Shown: positions 38,090 to 50,880, numbered from the stretch's first letter. The stretch is DNA of 64,000 nucleotides from Octopus sinensis (GCF_006345805.1 NC_043004.1:90892001-90956000), one strand, 5' to 3'. Translations and numbers: made by a program. Notes: generated from the sequence alone by a model not told the origin.

Positions 38090-41000
38090 GTGGTGGTTTT
38101 GATAGTACAGGGATTGGGTTTTGGTATTGATAATAGTGATGGTAGTTGTGGTAGTTGTATGGTGGTGTTGGTAATAGTGGTGGTAGTTGTGGTGTGTTAT
38201 GGTGGTGTTGGTAATAGTGGTGGTAGTTGTGGAGTTGTATGGTGGTGTTGGTAATAGTGGTGGTAGTTTGTGGTAGTTGTATGGTGGTGTTGGTAATAGT
38301 GGTGGTAGTCGTGGTAGTTGTATGGTGGTGTTGTGTAATAGTGGTGGTAGTTGTGGTAGTTGTATGGTGGTGTTGGTAATAGTGATGGTAGTCGTGGTAG
38401 TTGTATGGTGGTGTTGGTAATAGTGGTGGTAGTTTGGTAGTGTATGGTGGTGTTGGTAATAGTGGTGGTAGTTTGGTAGTTGTATGGTGGTGTTGGTAAT
38501 AGTGGTGGTAGTTGTGGTAGTTGTATGTGGTGGGTTGGTAATAGTGGTGGTAGTTGTGGTAGTTGTATGGTGGTGTTGGTAATAGTGGTGGTAGTTGTGG
38601 TAGTTGTATGGTGGTGTGGTAATATGATGGTTAGTCATGGTAGTTGTATGGTGGTGTTGGTAATAGTGGTGGTAGTTGTGGTAGTTGTATGGTGGTGTTG
38701 GTAATAGTGGTGGTAGTTGTGGTAGTTGTATGGTGGTGTTGTTGGAATAGTGGTGGTAGTCGTGGTAGTGGTAGTTGTATGTGGTGGTGTTGGTAATAGT
38801 GGTGGTAGTGTGGTAGTTGTATGGTGGTGTTGGTAATAGTGGTGGTGGTAGTTGTGGTAGTTGTATGGTGGTGTTGGTAATAGTGATGGTAGTCGTGGTA
38901 GTTGTATGGTGGTGTTGGTAATAGTGGTGGTAGTTGTGGTAGTTGTATGGTGGTGTTGGTAATAGTGATGGTAGTCGTGGTAGTTGTATGGTGGTGTTGG
39001 TAATAGTGGTGGTAGTTGTGGTAGTTGTATGGTGGTGTTGGTAATAGTGGTGGTAGTTGTGGTAGTTGTATGGTGGTGTTGGTAATAGTGATGGTAGTCG
39101 TGGTAGTTGTATGGTGGTGTTGGTAATAGTGGTGGTAGTTGTGGTAGTTGTATGGTGGTGTTGGTAATAGTGGTGGTAGTCGTGGTAGTTGTATGGTGGT
39201 GTTGGTAATAGTGATGGTAGTCGTGGTAGTTGTATGGTGGTATTGGTAATAGTGGTGGTAGTTGTGGTAGTTGTATGGTGGTGGTTGGTAATAGTGGTGG
39301 TAGTCGTGTAGTTGTATGGTGGTTATTGGTAATAGTGGTGGTAGTTGTGGTAGTTGTATGGTGGTGTTGGTAATAGTTGATGGTAGTCGTGGTAGTTGTA
39401 TGGTGGTGTTGGTAATAGTGATGGTAGTCGTGGTAGTTGTATGGTGGTGTTGGTAATAGTGGTGGTAGTTGTGGTAGTTGTATGGTGGTGTTGGTAATAG
39501 TGATGGTAGTCGTGGTAGTTGTATGGTGGTATTGGTAATAGTGATGGTAGTTGTGGTAATTGTATGGTGGTTTGGTAATAGTGATGGTAGTTGTATGGTG
39601 GTGTTGGTAATAGTGTTGGTAATAGTGATGGTAGTTGTATGGTGGTGTTGGTAATAGTGATGGTAGTTGCATGGTGGTGTTGGTAATAGTGATGGTAGTT
39701 GTATGGTGGTGTTGGTAATAGTGTTGGTAATAGTGATGGTAGTTGTGGTAGTTGTATGGTGGTGTTGGTAATAGTGGTGGTAGTTGTGGTAGTTGTATGG
39801 TGGTGTTGGTAATAGTGGTGGTAGTCGTGGTAGTTGTATGGTGGTGTTGGTAATAGTGATGGTAGTCGTGGTAATTGTATGGTGGTGTTGGTAATAGTGA
39901 TGGTAGTTGTATGGTGGTGTTGGTAATAGTGTTGGTAATAGTGATGGTAGTTGTATGGTGGTGTTGGTAATAGTGTTGGTAATAGTGATGGTAGGTGTAT
40001 GGTGGTGTTGGTAATAGTGTTGGTAATAGTGATGGTAGTTGCATGGTGGTGTTGGTAATAGTGATGGTAGTTGCATGGTGGTGTTGGTAATAGTGATGGT
40101 AGTTGTATGGTGGTGTTGGTAATAGTGATGGTAGTTGTATGGTGGTGTTGGTAATAGTGTTGGTAATAGTGATGGTAGTTGTATGGTGGTGTTGGTAATA
40201 GTGATGGTAGTTGTATGGTGGTGTTGGTAATAGTGATGGTAGTTGCATGGTGGTGTTGGTAATAGTGATGGTAGTTGCATGGTGGTGTTGGTAATAGTGA
40301 TGGTAGTTGTATGGTGGTGTTGGTAATAGTGATGGTAGTTGTATGGTGATGTTGGTAATAGTGTTGGTAATAGTGATGGTAGTTGTATGGTGGTGTTGGT
40401 AATAGTGTTGGTAATAGTGATGGTAGTTGTATGGTGGTGTTGGTAATAGTGTTGGTAATAGTGATGGTAGTTGTATGGTGGTGTTGGTAATAGTGTTGGT
40501 AATAGTGATGGTAGTTGTATGGTGGTGTTGGTAATAGTGTTGGTAATAGTGATGGTAGTTGTATGGTGGTGTTGGTAATAGTGTTGGTAATAGTGATGGT
40601 AGTTGCATGGTGGTGTTGGTAATAGTGATGGTAGTTGTATGGTGATGTTGGTAATAGTGATGGTAGTTGTATGTTGGTGTTGGTAATAGTGTTGGTAATA
40701 GTGATGGTAGTTGTATGGTGGTGTTGGTAATAGTGTTGGTAATAGTGATGGTAGTTGCATGGTGGTGTTGGTAATAGTGATGGTAGTTGCATGGTGTGTT
40801 GGTAATAGTGGTGGTAGTTTGGTAGTTGTATGGTGGTGTTGGTAATAGTGTTGGTAATAGTGATGGTAGTTGTATGGTGGTGTTGGTAATAGTGTCGGTA
40901 ATAGTGATGGTAGTTGTATGGTGGTGTTGGTAATAGTGATGGTAGTTGTATGGTAGTGTTGGTAATAGTGATGGTAGTTGTATTTTAGTGTTGGTAATAG

Positions 41001-41200
41001 TGATGGTAGTTGTATGGTGGTGTTGGTAATAGTGATGGTAGTTGTATGGTGGTGTTGGTAATAGTGGTAGTTGTATGGTGGTGTTGGTATTTGTTGTACT
41101 TGTATGGTGGTGTTGGTAATAGTGATGGTAGTTGTGGTAATTGTAGGGTGGTGTTGGTAATAGTGATGGTTGTCTTGGTAGTTGTATGGTGGTGTTGATG
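38090..41200. repeat. ~3.1-kb G/T-skewed minisatellite (32/41/44-nt unit variants)
   Basis: Core unit GTGATGGTAGTTGTATGGTGGTGTTGGTAATA (32 nt) with optional 9-nt and 12-nt internal duplications. Fades into degenerate GGT/GTT/GAT triplets up to ~42360. Confidence 0.95.
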
Positions 41201-43223
41201 TTCATGGATGTGTCCAATATGGTACTGGTGATGGTGGTAATGTTGTATGGAGGTGCTGGTGGTAATGTTAGTGGTTTGTCGACGCTGTATTGGTGCTGAT
41301 GGTAATGATGCTTTTGGTTGGTGGTGTTGATGTTGGTTGATGGCAGTGTTGGTGAATGTATTAGAAGTGTTATTGATAGTGATGGTCATGTTAAATGTAG
41401 TACTAACTGAGGAGGCGTTATTGTGTGGTGTTGTTGATGGTGGTGTTAGTGGTTGTGATAGAGTGGTGTTGGTAGTAGTGTTGGTGGTTGAGTTAGATGT
41501 AGTATTGGTGCTGATACTGGTGAATATTGTGTGGTGGTGTTGGTTGCTGTATTGGATGTTGTATTGATAGTGATGGTGTTGTTGGCGGTGGTGGTTGTGT
41601 TAATTGCAGTATGATGGTATATTACAAGGTAGCATGAGTGGTCTGATAGTATTGGCGGTAGTATTGGTGATGATGATGGTGGTAATATTGGTTGCATTGG
41701 AGGTGGTATGGTTGATTATGTTAAAGATGGTATTGGCGGTGTTGGTGGTTATATTAGAGTTGGTATTGCTGGTGACGGTGTTATGTGGTGGAATCAATAA
41801 TGGTTTTGGCGGTAGTGTTGATGATTGTATTGTGGGGGAAGCGGTGCTAGTGGTTGTATTGGAGGTGATACTGGTGGTGATGGTGCTGTTGTGTAGTGGT
41901 ATCAATGGTTGCATTAGAAGGTAGCGTTAATGTTGGTGGTTGCATTAAAGGTGATATTGAGGATGGTGGTTGTGTTGAAAGTGATATTGGGGATGATGGT
42001 ACAGTTGTGTGGGTGATATTGTTGGTGAGGTGGTGTTAGTGGTTGTGTTTAAGACTATTGGTGACAGTGGTGGTGTTGATGTGTGATGGTATAGATGGTG
42101 ATGATGATGATAGTGTTAATGGTTGTGTTAACTCAGTTTGTTGATGTTTAGTCCAAGGGCAGCCTTAATTGAATTTTAATTGTTTTGTGTTGTGATGGTA
42201 ATCCTAATTGTAGTACATGATAATGTTAAAGATCGTGGTGGTAGTGGTGATAGTGGTATTGGTGGTAGTGCTGGTAATAGTTAATGTAGCTATAGCAGTA
42301 GTACTGGTGGTACTAGTACTTGCAGGAACGGCAATATCAAAGTTGTGTAGGTGGTAGTAGTCTGAACAAAGATGTAATTACTGGTGTGCATGTTTCTGTG
42401 AGCATAGCATATGTGTGTGTACACTTAAGTGTGTGTGAGCGCGTGTGTGTGCGTGCATGGGTGTGTGGACATGTGGGTGTTTAGGTGTGAGTGAAGGTGT
42501 AAATTGTTAGGTGTGTGGGTGGATGTGTGCGTGGGTGTTTGATGACGTTTGTAGAGTCTGCTATGACAATAGGCGATAGACATTAAGTAACACTCATGAG
42601 GAGAAGAAATTATTCTGATATCTGGCAGAAAATAACACCACAACCACCATCATCATCATCATCATCATCATCATCGTTGTCTTGATTGTTCATGCGGTTG
42701 TTGCTGAAAGTAAAAAAGTGGGAAGAGTACAGTATGAGTTAGTAGGAAAGTGTGGATAGTATTATATGTATGCGTGTGCATGTATGTGATGTGTCTGTGT
42801 CTACATGTATAATATACACATTCTATGTATATATATATATATTATATTTATGTATGTATGTATATATATGTTTATGTATATGTATATATATATCTAAGTA
42901 TGTATATATATATTTATGTATGTATGAAAATATATTTATGTATATGTGTATATATATATATGTGTATATATATATATATATATATCTAAGTATGTATATA
43001 TATATATATTTAAGTATGTATGTAGATATATTTATTTATGTATGTATATATAATGATCGATTTGTTGCTGATAATAAACTCTTACTTAACTTCAATATCT
43101 CAATTTTCTTCTTCATATATATATACATATATATTTATATATATATGAATGTATACGTATATATATGTATGTATATGTATATATATACATATGTGTGTAT
43201 ATAAGTATGTATGTATATGTATT

Positions 43224-43265
<42 letters not shown>

Positions 43266-43338
43266 ATATGTATTGGTAAAAACGGTAAGATAACAAAAGA
43301 AAGAAAGAGACCTCAATATCATGTAAATAGAGGAAATT

Positions 43339-43504
43339 TATCTGTAAATTAATATGTGACAATTATTCAATAGCCAAGATAAAACTCTGAGTTTCAGATG
43401 CTGAAGTGGAAATCCACAACAGATGGTGTTGTGGATTTCCACTTCAGCATCCAAAACTCAGAGTTTTATCTTGGCTATTGAATAATTGTCACATATTAAT
43501 TTAC

Positions 43505-43509
<5 letters not shown>
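43339..43509. repeat. 171-bp near-perfect palindrome
   Basis: 83-bp arms and a 5-nt loop GATGG (43422-43426). Only mismatches are 43395-96 vs 43452-53. Confidence 0.95.
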
Positions 43510-43553
<44 letters not shown>

Positions 43554-43599
43554 TATGTATATATTTTCGTGTATGTGTGTGTATGTATATATATGTATT

Positions 43600-44190
43600 T
43601 TTTCTGTAGTTTCAGCTCAGTATGTGGCAATCCTGGAGCACTGCTGTTTTGCTACACTGTTATTACTGAGATCCTCCTTTAATATGTGGCACTTGGTGTA
43701 GAATGGAGTTTGATGTAGCTACCCTCATCTGCACCTCTTGCCGTGAGGTCGGTTCATCTGGGACTCTCAACAGGAAGTAATGTAACCACTCTCCATGTTT
43801 TCCAGCTATTCTAAGATCACACAGTTTGTGGTATATCATACTACATGATCCACTCTGTCAAAAGCTTCTGCAAAATCAAGGTATATTACGTTCACATTTG
43901 AGTTGTTGAGTAACTGCCTCAACACCCTGTCATAATGCTGTAAGAGCTGGGTCGGGCAGTTCCTACCCAATCAAAAGCCATGCTGGGTATCACTCAGTAA
44001 GTTATTTTCTTCAAGCAATGCGATTAGTTTCCCTCTCACTATCCATTCCATGACTTTGCTGATGTGTGAAGTCAGAGAGATAGGCCTATAGTTTTTGGCA
44101 TCTGTTCTACTTCCCTCTTTATGGATTGGGCGTATTATTCCCTTCTTCACCTTGCTTGGCAGTCTGCCATTTGTAAGATAGTCCAAAATT
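43600..44190 (-). mobile_element. Internally deleted CR1-group LINE copy
   Basis: Encodes an RT N-terminal piece (PIHKEGSRTDAKNYRPISLTSHISKV...QHGF...YLDFAEAFD) joined to the element 3' end and the GCAGTGCTCCAG tail at 43600-43660. Confidence 0.85.
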
Positions 44191-44825
44191 TAATTACCAA
44201 GTTATTTAACTAAATAATCATTATTCATATTTTAGATTTAAGTACACATCTAATAATTATAAAAATAACTAAATTATTATCAACAAATACAGTGATTAAA
44301 ATCTAAAATTTATGCTATCAATAAATGTATAGACATATAAAGAAAAACAAGTTAATTAATTTATCCGATACTACTTACATAAATATTAAATATTAATATA
44401 ATATAATTATGAGATACATTAAAAAAATTAAAGATTAAAATCAAATTATAAACCAATAACCTAACTTTATAAAAATCGTATAATAATTAACGATCTATAT
44501 ATCTCTTTGGCTAAGTAAAATCTTACAAATAACATAGAGTTATAATCTAATAATTATATGCACATCTTCAACAACTAAATCATCAAATAACAATCAGTAT
44601 TTATACAGTATACAAAATAATACAATAAGACTTATTAAAATATTTTAAAATCTTAAATAGAAATAGATTACTTAGCTTTCCAAGGCCGTATTGGATTGTA
44701 TGACATAATCCTAATCGTTAAAGTTTCTAATTTGATAATAGAGTTTTTTATAAGAAAAATTATTATTTTATTTATTTCTTTAAAAATATTGTTTTATCAC
44801 TGCCGATATAAAATCAGAGGCAACG

Positions 44826-46548
44826 ATGATTGATTACATCAATATAAAGGAAGACGATGTAATAAGGGCTATAGATGAAATGAACCCAAACTCAGCTACT
44901 GGCCCCGATGGATTCCCAGCAATCCTTCTAAAAGTATGTAAGAGAGTCCTAGCAAAGACCACTGCAGTCCCTCTTTCAGAGCTTCCTTGCAACTGGCAAA
45001 CTTCCAAGAAAACTGAAGGAGGGAAAAATATGCCCTATTCATAAAGGAGGTAGCAGAGCGGAGGCCAAGAACTACAGACCTATCTCTCTGACCTCACACA
45101 TCAGCAAGGTCATGGAACGAATAGTCAGAAGGAAACTAATCGCCTTCCTTGAAGAAAATAACTTGCTGCCTGACACCCAACATGGTTTCCGACCAGGAAG
45201 AAGCTGCCTAACTCAGCTCGTACAGCACTATAACTGGGTGCTGAAACAACTGCTCAACCACTCAAATGTGGGAGTGATATATCTTGACTTTGCAAAGGCC
45301 TTTGATAAAGTCGATCATGGAATGATATGTCACAAACTGCATGATCTTGGCATAGCTGGAAAATTGGGAGAATGGCTTCATGACTTTCTGAAGGATAGAA
45401 GTCAGGTGGTAGTAGCCAATGGGGCTACCTCCAATAACACGCAAATAGTGAGCGGTGTTCCACAAGGCACTGTTTTGGGACCACTACTGTTCATAATGGC
45501 CCTCTCAGACATGCCCTCAGCCACGCAGAGAGCCACGATCACAAGTTATGCAGATGATACAAAAGTTTCACAGGTAATACAGAACCATGAAGACACTATG
45601 CACCTGCAACGTGAGCTGGACGAAATATACAAGTGGGCTGAAAAGAATAGCATGCAGTTCAATGCTGAAAAGTTTCAAGCTTTCTGCTATCAGCATGCAA
45701 AACTAAATGCAATACCCAATAAATACACTTGACCTGGAGGGATTGCAATCCCAGAGGCACAATCAATGAGAGACCTGGGTATTTACATGAGTAATGATGC
45801 AACCTTTCATGTGCATGTTGCTAAATTGGCAATGAAATGTAGGCGGCTGACCAGATGGATTCTTAGAGCTTTTAGAACAAGAGACCAGGAAACCATGATG
45901 GTTCTCCGGAGGACACTTGTCCTAGGCCACTTTCACTATTGCTCTCAGCTATGGTCACCAACCAGTGTCAAATTAATCACAGAACTTGAGGCAATCCAAC
46001 GAAGCTACACAAAGAAGATAGCCTCTATGCAGCATATAAGCTATTGGGAAAGACTCAAGAGATTAAGACTCTATTCCTTAGAGCGTAGGCGAGAAAGATA
46101 TGCCATAATATATATCTGGAAGATCCTGGAAGGACTTGTCCCAAACTTTGGCATCGAGAGTTACACAAATGCCAGAACTGGGCTCCACTGCATAGTGCCA
46201 AGGACTCCAAATTTGCCATCAAGATGTAGGACAAGATACTGTGATAGCCTGGGCTTCAGAGGTCCACAGCTCTTCAATATCCTCCTAAAGGACCTGAGAG
46301 ACCTGCATGGGGTGGATGCAGATGTCTTTAAAATAAAGCTGGACCTCTTCCTGTCAGGTGTCCCAGGTGAATCAACTTCACGGCAGGAGGTGCAGATGAG
46401 GGCAGCTGCATCAAACTCTCTCATGCACCAAATGCCAATTGCTAAAAAGCATTCGTGAAGTAAAATCATGTAGCAACACCGAATGGCAGTGCTCCAGCAT
46501 GGCCACAGCTCGTGAGCTGAAACTAGATAAAATGAAAAATGAAATGAT
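44826..46548 (+). mobile_element. 5'-truncated CR1-group LINE (ORF2 reverse transcriptase pseudogene + 3' tail)
   Basis: Motifs GPDGF, NYRPISLTS, QHGFRPGRSC, YLDFAKAFDKV, GVPQGTVLGPLLF, YADD, LYSLERRRER. Frameshift near 44955, in-frame TGA at 45730-45732, ORF stop at 46458, and tail ending in (AAATG)n. Confidence 0.93.
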
Positions 46549-47123
46549 ATATGGTCTTTCAAGGCACACTATATGGTATATAGAATTTCTAATCTGACAG
46601 TTGATATGTTGCTTTGTGACACGTATTTCCTAGTCACTTTCATGAGTCTCTTTGTCAAATGAGTAGGGGTTACAGATAATTCATTTTATAGATTTATCTG
46701 CTCTTTTATAAAATTGACTTTAATGTTAGATTCTTGAATGATTGTGCTGTTGGCCATGGTTATGCTTTCAGTACCTCATCATGGTGCCTATAAAAGCAGC
46801 CATCTTCAAGGATTTTTGGGCAAGTACTGAATTGATCTAAATATCCACTTTCAGAGCAGAGTGAGCTGGATGGCATGTCACTCTTACTCTAAATGTGATG
46901 GTTAGCTGAGCTTGGCAGTCTACACAAGGAACCAGTCATGATGGAAGTCTGCCTGCTTGATGCTTGACAGCACACTAACTCTTCATTCATAATGCTAAAC
47001 ATCACTGACCTGTTCACGAGCTTTTCCTTCAATCATGCTCAAAACTTTTCATAGAAAAGATGATATCCCACCTTGCCCTGGACCTTACTAACCTGAATTT
47101 TTGAAAAGTATTTCAAGCTCACA

Positions 47124-47240
47124 CTACATCTTGTCCTACATCTCTAAATCTTGTCCTATATCTCTACATCTTGTCTTAAATCTCTACATCTTGTCCTACG
47201 TCTCTACATCTTGTCCTACATCTCTACATCTTGTCCTACA
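47124..47240. repeat. 20-bp tandem repeat TCTCTACATCTTGTCCTACA (~6 copies)
   Basis: Directly visible. The core matches LINE sequence at ~46220-46238 in reverse. Confidence 0.9.
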
Positions 47241-47487
47241 TCTTGATGGCAAATTTGGAATCCTTGGCACTATGCAGTGGCGCCCAGTTCTAGTATTTGT
47301 GTAATTCTCGATGCCAAAGTTTGGAACAAGTCCTTCAAGGATCTTCCAGATGTATATTATGGCATATCTTTCTCGCCTACGCTCTAAGGATTAGAGTCTT
47401 AATCTCTTGAGTCTTTCCCAATAGCTTATATGCTGCATAGAGGCTATCTTCTTCGTGTAGCTTCATTGGATCGCCTCAAGTTCTGTG
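47222..47487 (-). mobile_element. Inverted fragment of the same CR1-group LINE
   Basis: Close reverse complement of ~45978-46240. Confidence 0.9.
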
Positions 47488-48261
47488 CTCTTTTGCTGCC
47501 CCTCCATTTTTTTCCTATTATCTTGATGCTTACTGATGACACCTTCCAGTCCTTACTGTGGGACTTCTCTTGCTTGTATCACCCTAAATTCTTCAGTAAA
47601 GTCACAGAATGGAAGCTGAAAACGTTACTGAGACTGTGGGTAAAACCCAGCCATTTACAATATCACTGATCTTCCTTTCAAAATACTCAAATATTGACAA
47701 TATAACAGTGTGTGTGTGTGTGTGTGAATAATTGCAGGCATGGCAGTATGGTAAGAAGTTTACTTCCCAATCACGATGTTTTGGGTTTGTTCTACTGTAT
47801 GTCAACTTGGACAAGTGTCATCTGCTACAGCCCCAGGCTGAAGAGTTATTTAATACAAATAGAAGCAGATATACTGATATAAAAGCCTATCTAAAGACTC
47901 TTGTATTCCAAGCATTTCTATGAAAATTTTAAATATCTTAGCAACAGCAATAAAATTCATTTTTAGTTATATTTTCATTCGTTCATTCTTCATACATATT
48001 AAATACTACTCTTAGTCTATGCCTAAACATGGAATTTACTTGATAAGATTTTCAAATCTTTCTGTTAATTTTTTTCTTCTTAGTATTATGGCAGAATAGT
48101 GAATTAATTTATTATTTAACGTAGTAACGCCCACTGCTCTTATCACAACACACATACAACACCTAAACAGAACAGAATTACTACTATGAATAACTCATTT
48201 ATTTAACCTGCTTTATTGTACTCTGTTATGCATTATAATGTTCCATCTTCTATCTTTTATC

Positions 48262-48455
48262 TTTGTTTCAGTTACTAGACTGTGACCATGCTGGGGCACC
48301 ACCTTGAAGAATTTTTAGTTGAATGAATTGATCCCAGCACTTATTTCTATTTTATTAAAAATTTTTTTAAAGTCTGGTACTTATTCTATCAGTCTCTTTT
48401 GCTGAACTGCTAAGTTACTGGAACATAAACACACCAACACTGGTTGTCAAGCAGT
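48262..48455 (-). mobile_element. Family B SINE 3' half, diverged
   Basis: TTGTTTCAGTTA...GACCATGCTGGGGCACCACC...GGTACTTATTCTATCAGTCTC. Confidence 0.7.
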
Positions 48456-48917
48456 GGTCTCACACACACACACACACACACACACATCAAGAGTGCTTCA
48501 CAAACTTTGCAGGAAGAAAGAGCTCTACAGTTTTGGTAAAAACCAAGATGGTTCATGGCCTCTGTGATATTTTAAACAGGAAGCCACTTTGCATGGAAGA
48601 CAACAAATGCACCAAACAGTCTCTAAGGTCATTTGTCGTGAAGATCCAAACAGTGATGATAGGTAATCCTTTTTACTCTTTTCATTCCATTCTGATCAAG
48701 ACTGCTCTTAGTTTTTATGATACAAACTTCTTGGTTTAAAATAATCTAAGTTCAATCCTTCCATCAACATTTCTTGTTCATTTATGCTCCAAAGACCAGC
48801 TTAATAATGGCAAAGTTATTTTATTAAATTTTTCATTATTTTTAAAATCAGTCAAAACAAAGGCAGTGTGTGTCAAAGAAATAGGGTAATAAAAGTGTTA
48901 AGGAATAAGAATATCCA

Positions 48918-49965
48918 TAGATGGGGATATCTAAAGCTTAGTAGAAAAGTATGAATTTGTTAACCGATGGATAGTTCTCTCCTGCCTATTCTTGACTCAA
49001 ATATTTAACGCATACATCAATTTTGGATTTTGTAATTCATTAAAGCCTATCAAATATGTCTACAAATAAGTCATTTATGAATTTGACTCTGCAGTGTTTG
49101 CTCTGACAAAGCAAAATGGTCATAATGAAATTACCCAATTCCTGAAAGGACATTGCAAAGGATCCCTATTGAAAGGCAATGTAACAAGCTTTGGCAGTGC
49201 CTTTGGGAAAGAGGATACTGTACACACCAGTCAGTATGAATATTTCTTTCTACAATTTTATCTCCATAAAGTGGGTGGTTCAAGTTCATTTTACGATCTT
49301 CAAATAGTCAATGGTGAGGTTTGTAGCTCCTATAGAGAGACATACTTTATAATTGGATTATTAGAGAGTTTCTCTTTCTCAAACAGCCAAGAATCCAAGA
49401 GTTCTTTTGATTTTGTTATTAAAATCTTGTGAACTATCCAATCTACTTTTGCTTTGGTTCAAGTCTTGTTATGTCTTTGCCAAAGGTTTCAGGCAACAAG
49501 CTTAACATATGCACTTCAGTATGGAAATAAAGTATACAGATGAAATCTACAATGCAGCCACCATCATCAAGCTCAATGACATAAATGGTTAAGAACATCA
49601 AGAACACAACTGCTCTTAACCTGACTACACTGCAGTCAATAATCTAACAACAGAAATTTTGAAAGAGACGTCATATGCTATTGATACTTAAAAAGCATAT
49701 ATCAGTGACAATGAACCCAAACTTACTGTGACCCAGAAAACTGTCTTGACTATTTTGTACAGAGTTCAGCAACAAAATGCTTAGAATTTATGGTGAAGTT
49801 GGAAAAACACTTCAGATTAGTCTTTTGCTTGCTAAAGTCCATCAACATAAAAGTATGGCTAATGCAGTTATTTCTTCAGTTATTGATTCTACATTTCTTC
49901 ACGGGGTCAGGACAGCATATTTTGCTTTCAAGTTACTCTTGACTTATGCACAAATGATGCATTTA
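48918..49965 (+). mobile_element. Helitron Rep/Pif1-helicase relic (multiple deletions, stops, frameshifts)
   Basis: NRWIV...FNAYINF.FCNSLKPIKYVYK (cf. NRWVVPY..FNAHINVE.C.S.KSIKYI.KY), LHKVGGSSSFYDLQIVNGEVCSSYRE..IIGLLE, and Walker-A region GEVGKTLQISLLLAKV...AVISSVI.STFLHGVRTAY.AFKL. Confidence 0.85.
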
Positions 49966-50039
49966 TTTGCAACATTTCAAAGGATTCTGGAACTGGACAA
50001 CTTTTTATGAGATGGTAAATGGTCATCTGGGATAAATGC

Positions 50040-50482
50040 ACAGTGGTACCACAAGAGAGCTCTGGAGGCCCTGGAGAGAACATTCAGAACAGTTGATCTC
50101 AAATGGGAGGAGAGGCAGTGTGTTGAACAAGTTGGAGCGACTCCTCTTCTGCGTATTGTGGAAGGAAGGAAAACCACTTGTGAGGCACTCTGTTTGCTGC
50201 TAGGAATCACAAAAGGGTGGGTTAGGGATGCCCTGGCTGATGACGTGCAGACATGCATTGAGGCTGAGGCATCTCTGGCGCTACCTGGAGGGTGATAAGG
50301 TGTGGAATCCGCTGGCAGAGGAATTCTTTCCACGACCTGCCTCTTTGGAGCGATTTAAACCTGGTTTCATTAAAAGACATAATCTGACAGAATGGCAAAA
50401 GGAGTGTCGACAGGCACTGGTGCTAATCCACAAGATGGGCAAGGTGGGAATACCACCTCAGTTTTGTATAGAGGGCTGGTAG
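50040..50482 (+). mobile_element. L1/Tx1-clade LINE ORF2 fragment (post-RT region)
   Basis: LERLLFCVLWKEGKPLVRHSVCC*ESQKGGLGMPWL...ALRLRHLWR..W matches the F.W....GGLG motif region of L1/Tx1 ORF2. Confidence 0.7.
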
Positions 50483-50707
50483 AGTATAAATACGATGACA
50501 CCCTAGGAGCGGCTCTGGGGTTCGAATGAGTAACTATAATTCATGGTTGACATATATATTAACTGATGATTTAATAGTCATACTCTTATTACACATGTTT
50601 AGCATTTTGTAGGTCATTTGCCTTTCTTTTTTATTTTTAAGATTTAAAACCAGTATTGTGCATCAAAGGCTATGCATAAATGGCTAGTACTAGCAATGGT
50701 TATTTGT

Positions 50708-50880
50708 TTGATGCTGGTATGTTTACGTCCCCATAACTTAGCAGTTTGGCAAAAGAGACCGATAGAATAAGTACTAGGCTTACAAAGAATAAGTCCTGGG
50801 GTTGATTTGCTTGACTAAAAGGCAGTGCTCCAGCATAGCCACAGTCAAATGACTGAAACAAGTAAAAGAGTAAAAGAGTA
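50708..50880 (+). mobile_element. Family B SINE 3' half
   Basis: GATGCTGGTATGTTTACGTCCCC...GGCAGTGCTCCAGCAT...(AAAAGAGT)n. Confidence 0.85.

Noticed and set aside
38000-41217. 860-, 709- and 489-aa ORFs on the minus strand
   Set aside because: The 32/41-nt units are not multiples of three, so the peptides cycle through frames; the repeat simply lacks stop triplets.
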